Shown: in pieces, positions 24,846-38,213 of the stretch
Layout: each line of letters begins with the position of its first letter
How positions within the stretch are numbered: the stretch's first letter is position 1
From: Octopus sinensis
Lineage: Eukaryota
Assembly (NCBI RefSeq): GCF_006345805.1
Contig: NW_021834284.1
Location: forward strand, 1-49,921
Direction of reading: 5' to 3'
DNA: 49,921 nt
Made by a program: the position numbers and the translations under genes
The notes under the pieces: generated by a model
What the model was told of the DNA's origin: nothing
What the model saw: the letters and a program-made list of their open reading frames with translations, nothing else
The model's database searches: none

Positions 24846-25389
24846 CTACAAACACCCATCGTACATATAGGTAATAATGGCAACGCGCATACATACAGAA
24901 ATATATACTTATATACATATTAGTACTTAATTTAACAAACTCCTCTCTCTGTTGTTCCACGTCTAGAAGACAATTAAGAGAAAAACATTTCGTCATTAGA
25001 AATTCTGGTATAATGTCTTCTCGTTTATATTACCTCCCCTCTGAGTCCACCACCAACAGATAGTTTCGTAGAGACCTAATGAACCACCGTCACAATAGAC
25101 TTAGAGAGAGAAAGACAGAGAGAGAGGATATGAATGATAAACAGATACCAAGATGGAGAATGAGAGAGAGGTAGACTGAGGGAGACATTGGTCTTGGTTG
25201 TGTTAATAAAGTTGGGTGAATGTGTGCTTATATTCTCTGTGTGTCTGTGTGTGTTAGATGAGGAATGATGCTTAATAACTTATGATATTATTTGTTGTGT
25301 GTGTGTGTGTGGTGATAACGAAATGTTTGATTACTAATAGTTTGTTATAAGTTTGTGTATGGGTTGGCGTGTGGAGTGGTGAGTGTGTC

Positions 25390-25427
25390 AGATAGATAGA
25401 TAGATAAATAGATAGATAGATAGATAT

Positions 25428-25469
<42 letters not shown>

Positions 25470-25493
25470 GGGTGGATAAATAGATAGACAGAC

Positions 25494-25534
<41 letters not shown>

Positions 25535-25580
25535 TACAGATAGATAGATAGATCGATAGATAGATAGATAGATAGATACA
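25390..25580. repeat. (GATA)n/(GACA)n microsatellite
   Basis: Directly visible. Confidence 0.95.
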
Positions 25581-25856
25581 GAGAGAGAGAAAGAAGGGAA
25601 GAGGAGAAAGAATCTGATTGAATATGATACAAAAAAAGAAAAACGAGAAACGTGAATGAGATCGATCAATAGACAGACAGACAGACACACAAGCAGACAA
25701 GCAGACAGTGTAAAAAGTAACTAGGAATAAATTGTGAAAGAAACAAAGTGGTTTGTTAAAAGAATGGTCATTATCTTGTTTATTAGTGAGAAAGAAGCAG
25801 CAAATGTTTGCCACCTGAAATTAAGAGATGGTTCCACCAAACTTTAACTATCCTCG

Positions 25857-25893
<37 letters not shown>

Positions 25894-26854
25894 TGAACGT
25901 GTGTGCGTGGGTGCGTGTTAACAAACAAACAAAAAGTAAAACAAAAAGAAACGGAAGAATAGAGGAGATGAGGTTAAGGTATCCTCCTTCTTAATTACGG
26001 CTTTTGTCTGCGTTATGAACGAAATATTATAAATACCAGGGTGGGGTCAATAGTTTCGTTAGTCTCCTAAAGGTAAATTACACGAGGGACAGAGAGAGTG
26101 AGAGAGGAGGAAGGGAGAGGGAGAGAAGGAGAGAGTAAGTGATGATGATGGTGGTGGTTATGGAGAGCAGACTTAATGAGCCAACTGTAATTACACTGCT
26201 GATGAACACAAATGTACTATATTACTGGAATTGTTTCTGGCCAATTTTAGTCCATTAACTCATTCATTTTAGTCTCTGACTGTCTGTCTGTTTGTCCTTC
26301 TGCCTGCCTCTCCTCCCCATTACCTTTTCTCTTCTTAAAATATCTCTACCCATTTCATTCCCTCTTCCTGTCTCCCTATCTCTTAAGTAAGACTACGGCA
26401 TAATGTTACATCCAGGTTGAAGTCAAATCCGTTCGTTGTTTTTTTTTTTGTTTTTTTTTTTTGTTTATTGAACTCGGTCTGTTAATATTGCCAAAAATAG
26501 GAATGGACGTTACAATATCCGATTTCCCTTCTTCCTGTAAAACAAGACAAAAAGAAAAAAACAATACAAAACAGATAAGGCACCAAGCTCTGTCACTCAA
26601 ACACTAATGTTCTAATGTCAGACAATGTCTTCAATAGAGGTTCGAATCCTAGAGGAAATGTATTTCGCCTGACTGGGTATCAGTTGCTATCCACGTCTAG
26701 AAAATGGTAGGGATGAATGAACAAGTTTTTATCGCAAATTTTAAATAAACATATACCGTATTTAAATGGCATATAAAATGCGCTATTCCCGCCCCCACAA
26801 AGTCTCAAATCCCTCTGAGTCCAATATACACATGGGCATATAAAAAAAGAGTAA

Positions 26855-27190
26855 AGACCGCCTTCGGTCATGAATGACTATATGATTGCACCTAGAAAGT
26901 TCCCCTCCGAGACACAAGTCCGGGCAAGGTTGTTTATGGAAGACCAGCAGTCGCCCATGCGTACCAGCCTCTCTTCTCCGCACCAGGGATATTATCCAAG
27001 AGAAAGGCAAAGGCTGATACAGCTTGCCACCAGTTACGTCACAACTCACTTCTACAGCTGAGTGAACTGGAGCAACGTGAAATAAAGTGCCTTGCTCAAG
27101 AACACCACACACAGCCCGGTTCAGGAATCGAACTCACTACCTCATGATTGTGAGCCCAATATTCTAACCACTGAGCCATACACCTTCACA
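26855..27190 (-). mobile_element. tRNA-derived SINE family C (V-domain-like); partial copies at ~9900-9975, 40610-40740 and 42660-42800
   Basis: Minus strand: A box tggctcagtggttaga, B box gagttcgattcc, then gtgttcttgagcaaggcactttatttcacgttgctccag. Confidence 0.8.
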
Positions 27191-27597
27191 CGGGAATATA
27201 TCACATTCATTAATGTACTAAAAGCTATATGTGATGCTGAAATTGGGGTCCATCTAACATACCTATGCGTCTTTTATACCATGATATTCTGATGGGAAGG
27301 AGTATTTAAGGTTAAGCGGGAAATCTGAAAGGAATTGGTTGATTTCCGACGATACACTTCATTATGTTGTTTTACGAGCCTAATTATTGTTTAGGTTCTG
27401 GTCAGGCCATGCAGGACCGGCTTGAAGAATGGGGATACTGGTCAGTTGCCCAGGGGCCTCACAAGTATCGGGACCCAATTCTGAGGCAGGCTATCAATAA
27501 ATACTATAGGACCCAGTGCATTGATTTGCTCGTGGGTGGGGGCTATAATGCTGCTAAGATGGCTCTGAAACAATGGTTATATATAGTGCTTTCACGT

Positions 27598-27800
27598 TTT
27601 GGCACAAGACCAGCAATTTCGGGGGAGAGATAGGTCGATTAGATCTATCCTAGTGGTCAACTGGTACTTATTTTATCGACTCCGAAAAGGTAAAAAGCAA
27701 TGTTGACCCTGGCGGAATTTGAAGTCAGAACGTAAAGACGGACGAAATGTCTCTAAACATTTTACCTGGCGTGCTAACGATTCCGCTAGCTCCCCACTTT
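27598..27800 (-). mobile_element. SINE family B (further copies at ~31972-32183, 38413-38623 and 43370-43575)
   Basis: Same Meta-like module and gtgctaacgattc.gc.agctc head. Confidence 0.75.
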
Positions 27801-27991
27801 AATGATTATATATATCATAACGGTGAGCATCACATTTGTTTTATTCATGCTGTATACAGGACTACAGTATCTTCTCTGTTCTTCCTTTCTCAAAGGCTGT
27901 AGATTTAAAAGTTATATCTCGCATTTGAGATTGGTACTTGAATGTTGAATGTCTTCCATGATAGTTAACAGCCAAATATCAAAGCATATAA

Positions 27992-30900
27992 TGCCTTGAG
28001 GACCGCCGCCAGGTATAAATGGTTGACCCTATCAAACGCTTTAAACTGATATAAATTGATCAGGGCCCCATCTGCACCAGGTTCTTTAGCTACTTTTTCA
28101 ATGATGTATTGCATGAGGTGGAGGTTGTCGTGGATGGATCTTTTCGGGATGGCACATGTCTGTGTCTCCCCTACCAGATCCCCGATGAGAAGTGCCAACC
28201 TCGTAGCTAATATCTTGGCCAAAAGTTTGAACTCTGCATTCAGCAGAGTTATGGGCTCACAAAACGGAATCTTCCTATTCTGTTGCTAGTTGCAGTAAAT
28301 GTTTGCTAAGAGGTTGCCGAACAAGCCTGGCATGTAAGCGTAAAGCTCATAGGGTTGACCATGAAAACCAGGCAGCTAGCCATTGCTTCCGTATTTCAAA
28401 AGCTGTTATCAGTCTTTAGCAGCGCTCTGCCTCCGTCGCCGAGAACCGCGGCAGCCCGTCGCGATAGGACATGAAATCTATCCTGCGACCTGGCTCATCG
28501 CTGCTCTCAAACAGTTGAGTGAAGCGTCGCTGAAAGGCCGCATACATCTGTCCCGGATCAATTATCATCTGCTCGTTGGGATCCGGCAAGGATCGGATCG
28601 TGGATTTATTTCCATGCTGAGTCTCTGCCATTCGGGTTCATTGGGCGGCTTTCCAGTACTCGAGCCTTAGCTCTGACAACGCAACCTTCGTGTTTCACGT
28701 TAAAGAATTGGTCGAGTGCCAATCTTGCTGCGTGCACGTCGGTCGCGATGCCTTTTATAAAAGCCTCGTCTTTTTGACTAGCTCTACCTCTACTCTGTTT
28801 CTTTCTATAGTTAGTCCTTAGCAAAACCCTATCGATTCTATTCTAATCGCCCTTTTCAAGGCGAACCACCATTTATTGTTGATTATTGTCTCTGTCAACG
28901 CCCTCTTATCTAGTTCACTAATCCGGTCTCTGAAATTTTTACGCGCCGGCAACGACGTGTTCAGCTTGCAGTAACCAGGTCCCTGTCTATGAAGCCTATC
29001 TACGTCGATTGTACAAATCTCGAATTTGTGTAGTCGACTACCTTAAACTGTGGACAACTTATGTTATCCTTATCTGCTACTCTACAGAATACCATATCTA
29101 GATACGATCTGGATGACCCGATGCGCTTTGACCAGGTCCACACTGGCCCATCCGGAAGATCCAATCGATACCTGTCACAGTTGGAATCGTCTGAGCGGGT
29201 TTGCAAGGCTTTTGCGTACTCTCCTCTTATCTGTTAAACCCACAGAGTTCCATCTTACATCTAAAACTCCATTCCAATCCTCCACTAACACTAAAGAGCG
29301 GGACGTTCCCAGAAAAGTTCCAGACTGTTGAAGAAATCTGGTCATCGTGCTCCTGTCGAGGCATAGATGGCGACTAGCTTGAAAGTATGTCCTTCGCTGC
29401 CTGTCACATCCAGAGCCACCGACTTACCTTCCGGATCCAGGAAGATCGTCCGTAAAGAAAAGGAAAACTCACTTGGTTTTGCTTGAAGGTGCAGATTGCC
29501 CGTCCCTCCTGTTGGATGGAAAGTAAATCACCAAGAATTCTCTCCGATTTCCCGTGGGAATTGGGCTTTTAAGTGTGTGTATGTAATTTTTGTTGTTTGA
29601 ATGATTTATATATGCGCAGTTAGGGAGATTGTGGGTTGGACAAAATTTTCTGGTGTAATGTTTGTGTGTGTTATTATGCATTTCATTAATTCATTGTTTT
29701 TGGTGCTTATTGCTATGTAGTTTGCAATGTTTATCTCTTTGTGTTGGTTGTTGCTGTTGTTGTCGTCGTTGTTGTTGTTGTTGTTGTGGTGGTGGTGGTG
29801 GTGGTGATTGTGATTGTGATTGTTGTTGTTGTGGATGCCTATGTGGGATGGCTTGTATTTCAGGTGTTAGAGGTTGTAGTGTCGATGCATTGTTTGTTTT
29901 GGGTGTATTTGTTTTTGTTGGTTTGATTTTTTTTTCTTTCTACTTACTGTGTGAATGAGGATTGTTGTTGTTTGTTCATATGTTTGTTTTTCTTTCTGTC
30001 TCTTTTCCCTTTTTTAGTTTTCAACTTCCACTCCTCATCGCAGTCCGACTCTCCACCTGTGACGTCCACCTGCTCGGCATCGGGAAGTGGAAAATCGTCG
30101 GGTGCTGAGAAGTGTTTGAGGAAACTCGGTGTCGGTATGGTTGTTAGTGTTGGTGCTGATGGTGATGGTGCTGCTACTGTTATCGCTCGAGACCTGGTGG
30201 CCGTTGTTAGTGTAGGGAGGAGAGATGCCTGTCTCTCTTTTCCTTCAGTCTAGGGCAGAAGGCTTTAAAATGATAAATTGAAAATCAAATGTGGCATTTT
30301 ACTTTCCTTCTATCTACTCTGACTGGAATTATGCTGCCTCCAGGAAGAAAGATCTGGTCCGGGATGAGATCCACATTCCTTTGGGTCGTTTGGACGAGGA
30401 GTTCTATGATCATCCCGGACCAGTCCTCCTTTTTGGTCTGATTGGCTTCGAGGATTTTCGAGTTTTCCTCGATATCTATCGTCACTGCAGCAATTAGCCA
30501 AGAATTGACTATTTCTGGTGGCACCTACTGAATATTGATTTTGGCCAGTCTCTGGTCGCAGTAGAAAGGAACCAACAACAGCTCCTCGCTCTTAAGGGTA
30601 TTCAGAGAGTGATATATCACTTCTTCCTCAGTACGAGATCTAACTCCACCTTTCCATAGCTCCTTCCTCTCTGTATATATTCCTTTAGATTCCAGACGGA
30701 ACCTAAAGCTTTTTCTACTTGAGCCTTTGTGGCTCTTTCCACCTTCCTTGATTTTAAACCGATTGTACAGTACGTCACTGTGCGGCATATCCTATCCTGG
30801 ATTATCTCAGGCGGGGTTGTTTAGCTTTAGAACTGTCCCGTCTTTCTTGACTAGCTGCCTGACGTTTTTAAATTCCTTTTCAGAGAATTGTATTCTCTGA

Positions 30901-31450
30901 AGAGATGACTCGGCTGCTCCAACGAAAGTTTACAACCTTTCCAAACCATTGCACCGGTTTGTTTCTCAGTTCTTTCGTTGTTTTTATCACTGTTGTTGCT
31001 TTTGTTGCTGTTGTTGTTGTTGTTGTTCTTGTTGTTGTCACCTTTGCTATTGTTGTAGTTGTAGTTGTTGATGGTGCAACTGATGTTGTTGTTGTTGCTG
31101 CTGTTGTTACTGCTGGTGTTGTTACTTGTACTCGAATCGCCCGTCGCTTCGCTCAAGAAAGGGCTATCATTGTTTACATTTTCGAAATTGCTGTTTTTAA
31201 TTCGAACAATGATGTCGAAAACGGAGCCGTTGCTCATCCGGAGATCTTCTAAGAGATCTTTCTCGAAAAAATGGGCCCTTTCTTTTTTGTTCTGTTTTTC
31301 AACAAAAATACAGTTGTCTGTTTTTCTTTGATCGCTAATTCGGTTGCCACACTCGCACTCTCTCTTACTGACGTTTGGCGATGCTCCTCACTCTCCCCCC
31401 CCTCTCACATATAAGTGTCACCGTGTTTTGTTGTTTTTCCCATGTTGGTG
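27992..31450 (-). mobile_element. Decayed L1/Tx1-clade LINE (ORF1, APE endonuclease and N-terminal RT), 3'-truncated
   Basis: ORF1 pieces end in a decayed zinc knuckle (VKCHI*..YHFKAFCP). APE motifs LVLVEDWNGVLD, WTW..SYLD and GPGYCKLNTSL. RT motifs LAKILATRL..QTCAIPKRSIHDNL..LINLYQFKAFDRVNH. Many stops and frameshifts. Confidence 0.85.
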
Positions 31451-31688
31451 GGAAAAACGCAAACAACTATGATAGAAAAATATCAATTGACCTGTCCCCC
31501 CAAACTAGGGGACAAAACAAGAAAATAAACTTACCGCTCGACAGCAATTAACCTGTTGTCCACGATGGTACAGATGTGAAGGTCGCAAATACAGGTATAA
31601 TGTATTTTTCTTTATAAAATCTACGGAGTGAGGTCAAACGAGGCTTGTCATGCTGACGGCCATAATAACAACAACAATAATAATAATA

Positions 31689-31723
<35 letters not shown>

Positions 31724-31904
31724 TCAAAATGTAAAGAAGAGTGCCATTGTTATCTAGTGAACGATATTTCGACATCTTGTGTGTCTTCAACTGGTTCAAA
31801 AAATATATTTGTCGATCTACTTCATTTTTTGAACCAGTTGAAGACACACAAGATGTCGAAATATCGTTCACTAGATAACAATGACACTCTTCTTTTAATT
31901 TTGA
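31724..31904. repeat. Near-perfect inverted repeat (80-bp arms, 21-bp spacer); each arm carries a variant hammerhead fold
   Basis: 31724-31803 is the reverse complement of 31825-31904, with about 3 mismatches. Confidence 0.9.
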
Positions 31905-32559
31905 CTCTATATCTTCAGGAGGAGTTACTTCAATCCTTTCTATAATAATAATAATAATAATAATAATTTTTTCTACTATGGGCACACGACCTAGATTTTG
32001 TGGGGAGTGGGGGCAGTCAATCACACCGACCTCAACACTCAACTGGTACTTAAGTCATCGATCTCGAAAGGATGAAAAGCAAAGTTGACCTCGGCGGAAT
32101 TTGAACTCAGAACGTAGCGCCGGGCGAAATAACGCTAAGCATTTCGCCCGGCGTGCTAACGATTCTACCAGCTCACCGCCTTAATAGTAATAACAATAAT
32201 AATAATAAATGATAATAAATGCGCCAGCCCTGTTACAACTGCAGCTGTTAGCGTTTCGTTGATGGAGATGAAAAAGATAAGACTGTTGTTATTGTTGCCA
32301 CTGTTGTTGATTATGATCTTTCTGATGATTTTAATGAGACTGATGATAACGATAACGAACTTGATGACGCCGCCAACATCACCGCTACTTCTGCTGTTGA
32401 TGTCATTATTGCCGTTGTTTAAAGTTCAAAAGTGATTTCTGTTCATGCGACAAATCCTACGTTTTTTATTTTTATTTTGTTTTGTTTTGTTTTTGCTCTT
32501 GTTTACGTAGCAATATGCCTGCGCGTACGTGTGTCATTGAACGAGCTGAAACAAACTCG

Positions 32560-32736
32560 GGGCCCATCGATGCCCCCGAGTAAGTTTCGATTCCACGTGC
32601 AATTGAATGAGAACCGTACGAGTAATTAGAGGCACTCCTCCGCCCCACTTTGCACTTTGTCTCCACATTGCGCACGTGACCAAGAAATAGAGTTTGCGTG
32701 TATTTTGTGCGACCGTGTGTGTGCGTGCGTGCGTGC

Positions 32737-32823
<87 letters not shown>

Positions 32824-33110
32824 TGTGTAAGGTAAGCACGCGACTTATATGACGTCATTTGTGGACCGGAGATATTCTCGACCGCTTAATGAAGCAGCGA
32901 GCGAATTGGTTGGTCGGTCGATCAAATGATAGCTGCCATTTTGACTGTGGCTTGTCAGTCACGTGCCGTATCTTATGGAAAGAAGTAGAAGAAAGGGAAA
33001 ACCGAAGCGAAAGCGGAGCGGAGATTCAATGAAAAACGGCAGGTGGAGTTTGTTTCTCAGTTCAGATTCAACACGACTGAGTTTCAAATCACCACGTGAC
33101 CTGATGATGA
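32560..33110. promoter_or_regulatory. Candidate promoter/enhancer: cluster of E-box, CRE, GC-box, CCAAT and YY1-like motifs
   Basis: CACGTG at 32594, 32673, 32960 and 33093; TGACGTCA at 32850; CCGCCCC at ~32640; ATTGG at ~32905; GCCATTTT at 32935. Locally CpG-rich. Confidence 0.4.
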
Positions 33111-33289
33111 AATTGTAAACCCTGGGTTGGCATTTCACAGAATGAACTGGAACTGGGGAAGATTATCAGTAAAGATAAAAACAGCAGAGGGGGTGGAGCA
33201 TGATAATAGTAGCTGCAAAGGAGGGAATATGATGACGGTTGAAGTGACGACGACGATATGGTGATAAGAGGCGAATAAAAGGGTATACA

Positions 33290-33325
<36 letters not shown>

Positions 33326-33503
33326 AAACGCACACGCATGCACGCACACACACACTTCCCACACACACGCACGCACACTCACACACACACGTTCTTAAGG
33401 AAGTATGTTTATGAATATTAAAAACTTACATGAATTGTATCATTCGGTACAGGCATACACAAAGCATTCAACTGTTCTATATAATGAAACATGTTAATGC
33501 AGG

Positions 33504-33557
<54 letters not shown>

Positions 33558-34391
33558 ATATATAATATATATATATATACATATATATATATACATATAT
33601 GTATACATATATATATATTTCCACCCTCAATATATATATGCTACCTCATTAAGACTAATTATGAGGTACCCTGAGGAATACGTGAGCGTCATATTGTCGA
33701 GTGTATGCGCTTGTGTGTGTGCGCGCGCGCGTGTGTATACATCAGAAACGTGCCGCCTGGGAAGACGAGGTAGGCAGTGCCTACCCTGAATAAAACAGAT
33801 CGATAGTAACACTCCTCTTATTACAAAATCTGCACCTAATTCAATACAAATATAAAGGTTACTCTGATTACTATGCATAAAATGCAATATATATATATAT
33901 TCGTAGATTAGGTAGTCATAATTCGCTCCTGCCTTTCAATCTCAGTATTAAAACGACGCATAGTACTGCTGTAATACACATGCTGCGTACATTCCTACAA
34001 CACCGTTTTCCTTACGCGCTATAAAGACAGAAGTAAATCTGCCTCCAACTCAGTCGCGCGCCTGCGTTTCGCTCATTTTTTTGCGTGTTTTACTGCATAA
34101 AAGTCACCAACTGCCTATCCTGAGTGATTACTGACGGCACGGGCCTGGCATGCATGTATGTTTGCGTGTGTGCGTGTTTGTATCTACACACACACACACA
34201 CATATGCATATACACACATGTTAAAAATCGGGAGAAGTACTCAATATAAACGCAGAGTGGAATAATATTGCTGGCCGGTCTATTGACCTGTCAATCTGGA
34301 GTTTCGCGGTGTATATCCTTTCCTTTAAAGAAGTTAACACTAAACCAATCGATGCTGAAACAGCTACACACTGTTCCAGAGAATAACACAC

Positions 34392-34450
<59 letters not shown>

Positions 34451-34452
34451 TA

Positions 34453-34527
<75 letters not shown>

Positions 34528-34543
34528 TCAATTTTTTTCCACA

Positions 34544-36163
34544 AGGGGTATCTTCCAAGGTGACTCGTTTTCTCCGTTACATTTTGTAATTGCACTAATA
34601 CCCATAACAATGGGTTAAGATGGGTTACTGATGTGAGAAGAAAGTTCCATCATTGAGCCATCTTATATATATGGATGACTTGAAATTGTATGGGAAATCT
34701 GAAAAACAGATCGATTCCTTAATCAAAACAATCGAGAAGTGTGGTAGGGACATCGGTATGGAATTTGGGATCACCAAATGCTCAGTACTTAATATAAAAA
34801 GAGGAAACGAAGCAGCCTGCAGAGGATTGCGGTTGCCATTAGGAGAGACCAAGGGTCAACCCGATGATAGTGGGTATAGATATTTAGGGATTTTGGAACT
34901 GGATGACATTCTACACAGAAATGAAAGTTAAGGTCAGCGAGGCGTATCAAAAATGGATAAAGATGGTGTTGAAATCCAACCTGAATGCCCAAAATTTGAT
35001 TACCGCAATGAATATCTGGGCAATTGCGGTGGTCAGATATAGTGCGTCCATCCTCAAATGGGTTAAGGAGGAAATATCAACACTGGATAGAAGGACGAGA
35101 AAGTTGATGACGCCGCATGGAGCGCTACACCCTAAAGTAAACGTACACAGACTGTATATGAAAAGAAAGTATGGTGGCAGAGGACTAATTAGTATAGACC
35201 ATTGTATAAGGAGTGAAAGGAGAACGCTTGCCGAGTATTTGATAAATAGTGGTGAAGACCTGCTGCAATATGCCGCGAAAGATATGGGTGTAAATGCAGA
35301 AGAAATGATGGGCAAGGAAGAGTTTAACCAAAGAGCTGAGGAGAAGAGAAAAGAAGTCCTTGACAGGGCGTTAAGGATAATACAGCATCGTGGGCATGGC
35401 TTGAGCGAGAGTGATTTGAAGCGTTCCACCGAAAGCCTGATCATTGCTGCACCAGACCAGGCTCCCGCTACCTATTCAGTAAAGTATAACGTCTGTAAAA
35501 CCTCTGACACCCAGAAATGCAGACTCTGTGGAAAAAGTGTGGAAAATGTGACTCACTTGGTAAGTGGATGTGAAAGCCTTACACAAAAACAATACAAGCG
35601 TCACCGCGATAAAGTGTGTGTGTATCTTCATTGGCTCTTATGCTGTAAATAGTAATATGAAGTAACAGAGAACTGGTATGAGCATGTACCAAGTAAAGTT
35701 ATGCGGGAGGATAGAAACGCAACGATACTCTGGGACTATGATTTTTAAGACGGATCGTGTAATCGAACACTGTCGGTCGGATATTATCATATTCATTTTA
35801 TAGAGACAAATACTGTCAGATCATTGATGTAGCCATACCAAATGACATGAATGTTGTAAAGAGATTGAAAAATATCACCAAGTACTCCGAATTGAAAGTG
35901 AAAATGGCAAGACTGTATGAAATGCGAGAGGGTAATGTAAAAGTGATGCCAGTGGTGCTCGGAGCGTTGGGCTCAATTCCATTGAAACTTCAAGACTTCT
36001 TAAGGCAACTGGAAATCTCATGCAAGATTGATGTATTGCAAAAAGCAGCCTTATTGGGAACAGCTCACATCTTAAGGAAAGTATTATCTGTCTGAGGACC
36101 TTGTTGTGACTTGACAGATGACTAAAGACTTCGTTGTATTTTTACCTACATTGTGTTACAAAA

Positions 36164-36165
<2 letters not shown>
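34544..36165 (+). mobile_element. R4/Dong-type RLE non-LTR retrotransposon, 5'-truncated and degenerate
   Basis: RGIFQGDSFSP, YMDDLKLY, CRLCGKSVENVTHLVSGC, RHRD, and ..KYSELK..PVVLGALG..LLGTAHILRKVL, with frameshifts and stops. Confidence 0.9.
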
Positions 36166-36252
<87 letters not shown>

Positions 36253-36276
36253 CTGATAATAATAATAATAATAATA

Positions 36277-36332
<56 letters not shown>

Positions 36333-36335
<3 letters not shown>

Positions 36336-38213
36336 CTCAGCACCGCATGGATTGACTATAAAAAGGCCTTCGACAGTATACCGCATCCATGGATCTTGAG
36401 ATCGCTGGACATCTTCAAAATTTCCCCTGTGATTTCAAACTTCCTGAAGCACAATATGCCGTTGTGGAATACGAATCTCCAATTATACCACTCTAATGGA
36501 GTACTTGCCTCAGAAAATATAAACATCAACTGTGGAATTTTTCAAGGTGACTCACTTTCACCTTTAATATTCTGCATAGCCCTAATACCCCTTACAAGTG
36601 AATTAAACAGAACAGGGTATGGGTATAAAATTGCCAATAAAAAAATAAGCCATCTATTTTATATGGATGACTTAAAACTTTATGGTAAAGACAATAATGA
36701 ACTTGAAGGCCTATTGCGCACCGTGAAAGCATTCAGCGATGACATCGGGATGGAGTTTGGACTTGAGAAGTGTGCCAAGGCCACTTTCCAGAAAGGGAAA
36801 GTGAAGACCACAAATTCAGTCGTGTTAGATGTTGACACAGTCATAAGAGAGCTTGAGCAAGAACAAACATACAAATATTTAGGGATAAATGAAGGCTCTG
36901 GTATTCAGCATGCAAGCATGAAAGAGAAAATCAGGAAGGAATGTTATAGGAGAGTTCGTGCAGTCCTGAAATCCGAACTAAATGCACGTAACAAGGTGTT
37001 AGCTATAAATTCCTTAGCAGTTCCAGTTGTTACTTATAGCTACAATGTGTTGAACTGGAATATGAGTGAAGTAAAGAATATAGATAGAAAAATACGCAAG
37101 CTGCTGAGTTGTAATAGGATGCACCACCCAAAGGCAGGCGTAGATCGCCTTTACCTTCCCAGAGCCCAAGGAGGTCGAGGCCTGATCCAATTTGAACTAG
37201 CGTACAAAACAACCACAATTGGACTGGCCAAATATCTCGAAATATCGAATGACTGGATGCTAAAGCTCGTGGAAAATCACGAGAGACGAAAGAAGCTTCA
37301 TTCTATCATCAAGGAAAGCAAAAAATTTGCTATTGATCTCGTGCAGGATACCCAAACTGAACAACCCGAGGGAAGTACGGCAACTATTGTTGCAAAGAAG
37401 GTGAAAATGATGGCAATGAAAAAAGCGCACGAGCAATTGGCTGATAGGTGGGAGGAGAAACCCCTGCACGGCAAATATGTGACCCGCAGCAAACAAGCTG
37501 ATGTTGACCAGAAGCAAACCCATCAGTGGCTGCGGAGCTCAGGGCTAAAAGCAGAGAGCGAAGGTTTCATCCTGGCTGCCCAAGACCAAAGCCTATTAAC
37601 CCGGAACTACCAGGCCAATGTGATGAAAAATGGAGCAGACCCAAAATGCCGATTCTGCAACGACATGATTGAAACAGTGGACCACCTAATCTCTGGATGT
37701 AAAGTCTTAGCACCAGTGGAGTACAAATTAAGACATGACAGAGTTGGCCAATATCTCCACTGGCTAATAAGTCGGCATTACAATATCAAAACTGCCGACA
37801 AGTGGTATAATCACCACCCTGAGGCTGTAACTGAAGGAGAAAATGTAACCATTCTGTGGGACTTTCCAGTACATACAGACCGAACCATCAAGGCCAATAA
37901 ACCAGATATTGTTGTGAAAGACCAAAACAATAAAGTTTGCTTATTGATCGACATGAGCATCCCCTGTGATCATAATATCTCAGCGAAAGAGTTTGACAAG
38001 CTCAGAAAATATAAAGACCTACTCATTGAAATTGAGAAAATGTGGCATCTCAAGGCGGTTACAATACCAGTGATCGTAGGAGCACTAGGAATGATCAAGA
38101 AGGGAACCGAAAATTATATGAGAATGATCCCTGGCTTACCATCCCTGCAAGAAGTGCAAAAGATTGTCTTAACTGGTACATCACACGTATTGAGAAGAGC
38201 ATTGTCGATGTGA
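36333..38213 (+). CDS. RT, CCHC zinc knuckle and restriction-like endonuclease of a 5'-truncated R4/Dong-type retrotransposon (open frame, no native start)
   Basis: AWIDYKKAFDS, GIFQGDSLSP, FYMDDLKLY, YKYLG, GGRGL, CRFC..ETVDHLISGC, RHD, KPDIVV..IDMSIP..K..KY. Uninterrupted for ~627 codons; the annotated N-terminus is read-through of (AAT)n. Confidence 0.92.

Noticed and set aside
33100-33120. CTGATGA..GAAA; similar isolated CTGANGA at ~1859, 23136, 26209 and 45065
   Set aside because: No stem II or stem I pairing in register.
36153-36332. Poly-N/poly-I N-terminus of the 686-aa ORF
   Set aside because: In-frame read-through of (AAT)n from a non-ATG start; the element begins at ~36333.
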